A model generated the notes under the pieces. It was not told where the DNA came from. It ran no database searches and saw only the letters and a list, made by a program, of their open reading frames with translations. From Amoeboradix gromovi X-113 (Eukaryota; Fungi; Sanchytriomycota): a DNA stretch of 8,546 nt. Where the stretch lies: the NCBI GenBank assembly GCA_018985225.1, contig JADGIF010000441.1, forward strand, positions 1-8,546. Reading direction: 5' to 3'. Below, piece by piece: positions 1 through 4,918 of this stretch. Each line of letters opens with the position of its first letter. The stretch's first letter is position 1. Position numbers and translations under genes: made by a program.

Positions 1-134
1 CGATTAGAAATGTAGTAATATATGAGCTATTAGAGCGGTAAGACTGGCGCAATCTTAAAAAGTGTTTATTTTACTTGAATCGATTTCAATTTTTTAATTT
101 GTTTTAATTTTAGACAAACATATTTCTACATTGC

Positions 135-1466
135 ATGTTGATTTTAGACAACCTTATAAATAGGAATGATGTAATAAAGAATCAAATGAGCTATAGTAAG
201 GATAATCAACAATCTATTGATCCACAGCAGGGCTACCCAGCTCAAAATCAGGCGTATATGGGTCAAGGAATAAATCAACGGCAACAAGACAAGAGCAACA
301 TGTCATTAGCATCGGAGCAGCCAGCTCAGGGGCAACAAAGGATTCCATCCCAACAGGATATTCCGTCAGGCCAGCGAACAGGAATGAATACTGGTTTTAA
401 CCGGCCAGAATTACCACCAAGAACAAGGAATTCTGATATTTCAGGAGTTAATAATAACCAACGATCAACTTTTGAGCAACTTAGCGACGAATCGGCATAT
501 AAAGAGCGACAAACTCGACCTGAACAGCAGCAGACTAGTCATTTAGGAACGCATTCTAATTTAGGATATCACCAAAACAATCAGAATGTAGATTCACCTG
601 GAGTTGTTACGCCTACACAGCCACAGGCTAGTCAAGTAGAAAATCAGGGCTTCCAACAGGGAACTCAGCAGCGTCTTGACCAGCAAGGAATTAAGAAACA
701 AGGATATGAGCAATATCCTCGACAAGAATTAGAACAACAACGATTTCCACAACATGGATCTCAACAACAACAGTATCATCAAGGCACTTCGCAGCAACAG
801 GGATTTCAGCAGCAATATGATCAACAAGGGATTGAGAAACAACAGGGATCACAACAACAACAATACCCACAACAGGGATCACAGCAGCAACACCCACAAC
901 AGGGATTACAGCAGCAACACCCACAACAGGGATTACAGCAGCAATACCCACAACAGGGATTACAGCAACAATACCCACAACAGGGATTACAGCAGCAATA
1001 CCCACAGCAGGGATTACAGCAGCAACAGTCTCCACAACAGGGATCACAGCAGCAACAGTCTCCACAGCAGGGATTACAGCAGCAACACCCACAACAGGGA
1101 TTACAGCAGCAATACCCACAGCAGGGATTACAGCAGCAATACCCACAGCAGGGATCACAGCAGCAATACCCACAGCAGGGATCTCAACAACGATTTCAAG
1201 AAGGAACGCAGCAGCAACAGTTATTTCCACAACAAGAATCTGAGAAGCAACATGACAGGCAAGAAATTGAGAAAGGACAAAGTCCACAACAAGACTTACA
1301 GCAGCAAAACACTAGATCTCATCTAGATGATCAGAAAATAGGCTTTGAGCCAGATCAAGAATTTCAAGGACAAATAAGTGGTCAGAACCCTCAACCCGCA
1401 TATGCTCAGACAGGAAATATTGGTGAGCAGGGTAAATATCCTGGATACAACCAAAGTGGCTATTAA
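135..1466 (+). CDS. Glutamine/proline/glycine/tyrosine-rich low-complexity (prion-like) repeat protein of unknown function; true start may be the ATG at 186 (MSYSKD...) or lie in an upstream exon
   Basis: 443-codon ORF that extends far beyond the repeat on both sides and ends TAA overlapped by AATAAA. No recognisable folded domain, signal peptide or transmembrane segment. The first 17 codons are AT-rich and UTR-like, so the start is uncertain. Confidence 0.8.
   Translation: MLILDNLINRNDVIKNQMSYSKDNQQSIDPQQGYPAQNQAYMGQGINQRQQDKSNMSLASEQPAQGQQRIPSQQDIPSGQRTGMNTGFNRPELPPRTRNSDISGVNNNQRSTFEQLSDESAYKERQTRPEQQQTSHLGTHSNLGYHQNNQNVDSPGVVTPTQPQASQVENQGFQQGTQQRLDQQGIKKQGYEQYPRQELEQQRFPQHGSQQQQYHQGTSQQQGFQQQYDQQGIEKQQGSQQQQYPQQGSQQQHPQQGLQQQHPQQGLQQQYPQQGLQQQYPQQGLQQQYPQQGLQQQQSPQQGSQQQQSPQQGLQQQHPQQGLQQQYPQQGLQQQYPQQGSQQQYPQQGSQQRFQEGTQQQQLFPQQESEKQHDRQEIEKGQSPQQDLQQQNTRSHLDDQKIGFEPDQEFQGQISGQNPQPAYAQTGNIGEQGKYPGYNQSGY
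864..1193 (+). repeat. Coding tandem repeat: 12 units (ten of 27 bp, two of 30 bp) encoding [Y/H/S]PQQG[L/S]QQQ(Q)
   Basis: Units start at 864, 891, 918, 945, 972, 999, 1029, 1059, 1086, 1113, 1140 and 1167, with core CCACARCAGGGATYACAGCAGCAA. Degenerate copies flank the array (about 650-863 and 1194-1310). Confidence 0.97.
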
Positions 1467-1471
1467 ATAAA
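1464..1471 (+). terminator. Putative polyadenylation signal AATAAA (1466-1471) overlapping the stop codon of the Q-rich gene
   Basis: TAT TAA ATAAA followed by a T-rich tract; only 63 bp to the next ATG. Confidence 0.55.
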
Positions 1472-1529
1472 TATTTTTTCTATCATATTTCTTGGCGTAA
1501 TACCGAACTTGGACTTTCACGCTTGAAAC

Positions 1530-4001
1530 ATGGACCAAGAAGCACTTCCACTGCTAGACCCTGAAAACGAACATGGTTTTGATGACGAGTTCAGTAGCGA
1601 GTCATCTCAGTCACTTTATAACACTGTTGGTAGTTTCAGAGGAGTGTTTTTACCTTGCATATGCAGTATTATTGGTTTCATTTTGTTCACTCGTTTTGGC
1701 TATGTCGTAGGTGAAGCAGGTGTTTTTAACTCTCTCGTATTGACAATTCTAGCAAGTACCTCTATATGCATGACTGTGTTAAGCACAAGTGCTATATTGA
1801 GTAACGGCAATTTTAAATCAAAAAATATCTACTATATTGTCAGTAAGACACTAGGTAATGAATTTGGCGGTGCATTGGGAATATCATTCTACTTGGCTAA
1901 TATATTTGGATTAGCCTTCTATGTTTCTGGTTTAACAGAAACATTTATCGTTGTCTTGGGTCAAAATCATCATAAATCCAGTTTTCCTCGCTTAATTCCT
2001 GTTAATCCGTTTTATGATTATCTGTACTCAACTGTTATATTAGCAATTACCTGCATATTCACAATATTGGGGTCCAAATATTATGACAGGTCTTTAATAC
2101 TCATTTTTTTAATGCAAAGTTCTACAATATTTATCATTGTCATATCGTTTTTTCTACCCATTAATAAACCTGCTGAATACACTGGATTCAGTCTGCATAC
2201 TCTTAAACAGAACATGTTCTCAGACTATACAAACGATGCTAGTGGATCCATTGTTACTTTCCAAACTATTTTTGGAATTATCTATCCTGCCGTTACAGGA
2301 ACCCAAGCAGTAGAAAGTATTAACGATAACATACACCAACCTCACATTAACATTCCTAGAGGTGCTTTGTGGTCCACTTTGTTTATTTGCTGTACTTATA
2401 CCATTTTTACTCTATTAATTGGAAGCACTTTAAAGCGCAGTTTATTGACTACAAACTACTACTTCCTCTTAGATATATCTATACTTCCCACATTTATATT
2501 TGTAGGCATGATTAGCAGTACTTGGTCTTCTATTGTCAGTACTATGTTAGGTGCATCTACAATGTTGCTCAACAATCCAAAGGTGAAGTTAACTCCAATC
2601 GCAAGTATATTGTTGACGTGGCTAGCATGTCAGATACTTCTACTGGTTAATATAGATTTGAACACTATGTCGACATTTGTATCTTTGTTTTACCTGTTAG
2701 CTGACTTGTCTATTAATATGGCGTGTTTACTGTTGCAACTGAGTAGTACTCCAAATTTCAGGCCACTGTTCAGATATTACAATAAATACACTTGTATAAT
2801 TGGCATTATTTTTAGCATTTCAAGCATGATTTACATTCATCCACTTTTTAGTGCATTAACTTTGAGCGGATTTGGACTGCTGATTTTGCTAATTCGTCAT
2901 GGAAAACAAGAACACCAGGAGAGCAACGTAAGCGATGCACTGATATATCACCAGATACGTAAGTATTTGTTAAGATTAAAAACTATCACAGTACAGCACT
3001 GGAGGCCCCAAATATTGTTGATTTTAAGAAATGGAAACGATTTACAACAATCAATGACTCCAGCTAGATTGTTTAACAAGAATGACCAGTTGCCATTAAT
3101 TCACTTTGTAAATGATTTAAAAAAGAGTGGATTATTCATATTGGGTACATTTGTACAGGATAACAAGGACTATTTGATTTTGTACGATCAACTAGCAGAA
3201 TTAATGGACAATTTAGGAATTAAAGCATTTGTAGATGTAATAAACGATACTTACTTAGATGGTATACTGCCATTGACAATGAGTGCGGGATTAGGGGGAC
3301 TGCGACCAAATATAGTATTATTAGAATATCCCATTCAATCAGATGCTTTTAAATTCCAACAAGTGTTAAAATCAATTTTATTAATTAACAAACATGTGGC
3401 ATTAGCTCGTAACTTTGAGAACTTGGATTACGCTATGCTAGGATGTAGATTTATAGATATTTGGCCATTAAAAATGTTCAGCAAAAAAGAATCATATTTA
3501 GCAGAATACACATTTGCAATACAAATGGGATGCATATTGCAAAAGAGTCACAAATGGAAGGATACTTCTATAATAAGAATATATAGATTAGTAATGTATG
3601 AACATGAAGTAGAAAGAGAGAGGCTGAGATTCAGTCATGTTTTAGAGCAATTGCGAGTTGATGCAGTCATAAATGTCATAGTTATGCATAAACATGTGAC
3701 ATCACATTCTGCTAATATAGAAATTCACTCTTCCAACAATTCAATCTACAATTCAGCCACTAACTCACCAGTGATGAAAAGTTCCTCGAGTTTTGAGAAA
3801 TACAACATGGGGACTGTAGAGCAGCAGTATTCATTGATAAACAAGCTCATACAGATTCACATCAGAGATGCAACAGTCCTGTTTATGACCTTGCCATATC
3901 CACAAAACGATACATATTGGGATGAGTTGGAAATTTTGACTGGTGGAATACAGAAACCGATATTACTACTGAGAGGCGCATCCACAGTGATTAGCGATTA
4001 A
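1530..4001 (+). CDS. SLC12 cation-chloride cotransporter family protein, SLC12A9 (CIP1)/yeast Vhc1-like, divergent, probably vacuolar
   Basis: About 12 hydrophobic segments followed by a cytosolic C-terminal domain. Family motifs: GVFLPC..IIGFILFTRFGYVVGEAG, SAILSNG, YYIVSKTLGNEFGGALG, YPAVTG, PNFRPLF, ALIYHQIRKYLLRL, HWRPQILL, NDLKKSGLFILG, GLGGLRPN, IDIWP. Acidic dileucine motif EALPLL at the N-terminus. Confidence 0.93.
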   Translation: MDQEALPLLDPENEHGFDDEFSSESSQSLYNTVGSFRGVFLPCICSIIGFILFTRFGYVVGEAGVFNSLVLTILASTSICMTVLSTSAILSNGNFKSKNIYYIVSKTLGNEFGGALGISFYLANIFGLAFYVSGLTETFIVVLGQNHHKSSFPRLIPVNPFYDYLYSTVILAITCIFTILGSKYYDRSLILIFLMQSSTIFIIVISFFLPINKPAEYTGFSLHTLKQNMFSDYTNDASGSIVTFQTIFGIIYPAVTGTQAVESINDNIHQPHINIPRGALWSTLFICCTYTIFTLLIGSTLKRSLLTTNYYFLLDISILPTFIFVGMISSTWSSIVSTMLGASTMLLNNPKVKLTPIASILLTWLACQILLLVNIDLNTMSTFVSLFYLLADLSINMACLLLQLSSTPNFRPLFRYYNKYTCIIGIIFSISSMIYIHPLFSALTLSGFGLLILLIRHGKQEHQESNVSDALIYHQIRKYLLRLKTITVQHWRPQILLILRNGNDLQQSMTPARLFNKNDQLPLIHFVNDLKKSGLFILGTFVQDNKDYLILYDQLAELMDNLGIKAFVDVINDTYLDGILPLTMSAGLGGLRPNIVLLEYPIQSDAFKFQQVLKSILLINKHVALARNFENLDYAMLGCRFIDIWPLKMFSKKESYLAEYTFAIQMGCILQKSHKWKDTSIIRIYRLVMYEHEVERERLRFSHVLEQLRVDAVINVIVMHKHVTSHSANIEIHSSNNSIYNSATNSPVMKSSSSFEKYNMGTVEQQYSLINKLIQIHIRDATVLFMTLPYPQNDTYWDELEILTGGIQKPILLLRGASTVISD

Positions 4002-4009
4002 TAAATAAA
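3999..4009 (+). terminator. Putative polyadenylation signals AATAAA (4000-4005 and 4004-4009) overlapping the SLC12 stop codon
   Basis: GAT TAA TAA ATAAAA, with T/GT-rich sequence downstream (about 4045-4063). Confidence 0.6.
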
Positions 4010-4115
4010 ACTTAACCGGCAAGAAATCTTATTTGTGAAAATCATGTTTTTGTAAGTTGTGTTGCAATTCAATAATAAAGAATATTCTCGTTACTTAGAG
4101 CTAATAATTTACTTA

Positions 4116-4852
4116 CTACAAGTCAGATCGAACGCCGAACCCAGGCCCATATGGCTCCTCTAACAATGATGTCAATCCAGTTTTAGGCTCGCAGGAATTG
4201 CGCACACCGTGATCCGTTCTTTGAGGGCCCTGTGATATTTCATTGTCTTTTGGAGTCTTGCCAACTTAATTAAAATAAAAGTACCAGCTGCAATATTTTT
4301 ACCTTGTTTTAGAGAATCTAAAATAGAAATAGTTGTGGATTCATTTAGATCTTCAAAATAATCATCGTTGACTGCCATTACAGGGGCGTTGACGCAAGCA
4401 CCGGCACATTCTACACTGCTCAGAGTAAACAGTTTATCTTTAGTCGTTTCACCAAAATCGATGTTTAAATGTTTTTTAATAGCATCAACAATCTTAGAAC
4501 TACCGCATAATTCACATGGAGTAGTTGTGCATACTTGAATGTGATATTTACCAATCGGCTCACGGTTAAACATTGTGTAAAATGAAGCCACCTCGTATAC
4601 ACGCATTGGTGGTACCCTCAGTAAACTGGAGACGTAGTTCATACAGCTGATACTTAAGAAGCCATTTTGGCGTTGCGCCAAATCTAATAATGGAATCATC
4701 GCTGCTTTTTCATAATTCACGGGATACTGCGAAATTATTTGTTTAGCTAGCTTTAAATTACTACTGTTAAATTCAAATTTAATGCTAGGGTTGTTTAAAT
4801 TTGTGTTTCTATGAAGAAACAATTTATCACTACGAAGTAATCTCGAAATCAT
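4116..4852 (-). CDS. NDUFV2: NADH:ubiquinone oxidoreductase (complex I) 24-kDa flavoprotein subunit 2; two exons, join(4852..4285, 4264..4116), about 238 aa
   Basis: Motifs [36 protein letters not shown], and the [2Fe-2S] ligands CTTTPC and [10 protein letters not shown]. The conserved tail ([30 protein letters not shown]) is in a different frame from the 4172..4852 ORF and ends at TAG 4118-4116. Confidence 0.97.
4265..4284 (-). other. Probable 20-nt spliceosomal intron GTACTTTTATTTTAATTAAG in NDUFV2
   Basis: GT..AG ends, very AT-rich, branch-like TTAAT with the A at -6. Removal (3n+2 nt) restores the frame to the conserved C-terminus. An alternative donor at 4302 would give a 38-nt intron in the same phase. 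Confidence 0.7.
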
Positions 4853-4918
4853 TTAAAACAAGGAATTTGGATCATCACGATTTGATTCAAATCGTGTTTC
4901 ATCAAGCCACTGAGTTTT
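4853..4918. promoter_or_regulatory. 66-bp bidirectional promoter containing the perfect inverted repeat CACGATTTGA-T-TCAAATCGTG (4876-4896)
   Basis: Head-to-head ATGs at 4852 (-) and 4919 (+). The 10-bp arms are exact reverse complements, and the centre (4886) is 34 and 33 bp from the two start codons. Confidence 0.75.

Noticed and set aside
864-1193. Regularly spaced repeats resembling a CRISPR array
   Set aside because: Units are contiguous with no unique spacers, lie in frame in a eukaryotic CDS, and there are no cas genes.
691-1287. Antisense 198-aa hydrophobic ORF with VIPAVGIAA repeats
   Set aside because: Shadow of the CAA/CAG-rich repeat, whose reverse complement reads GTT/GCT without stops. 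It is confined to the Q-rich region and has no independent support.
754-1326. Alternative-frame 190-aa ORF with NTHNRDYSS repeats
   Set aside because: Frame-shifted reading of the same repeat (unit lengths are multiples of 3 and stop-free). The Q-rich frame extends much further on both sides.
135-1466. Possible TAA/TAG-to-Gln recoding as in ciliates or some aphelids
   Set aside because: The many Gln codons here are all CAA/CAG, and TAA/TAG fall at the expected ends of the conserved proteins.
1323-1538. 71-aa minus-strand ORF
   Set aside because: Overlaps two better-supported plus-strand genes and has no recognisable motif.
4002-4115. Possible small RNA or hairpin in the convergent spacer (AGAATATTCT palindrome at 4079-4088)
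   Set aside because: Short AT-rich palindrome with no tRNA cloverleaf or convincing snoRNA boxes; the space is accounted for by two 3' ends.
4172-4284. ORF-track C-terminus of NDUFV2 ([12 protein letters not shown]...LKLD) or a pseudogene call
   Set aside because: This is out-of-frame read-through of the intron. The conserved tail is intact in another frame and all Fe-S ligands are present.
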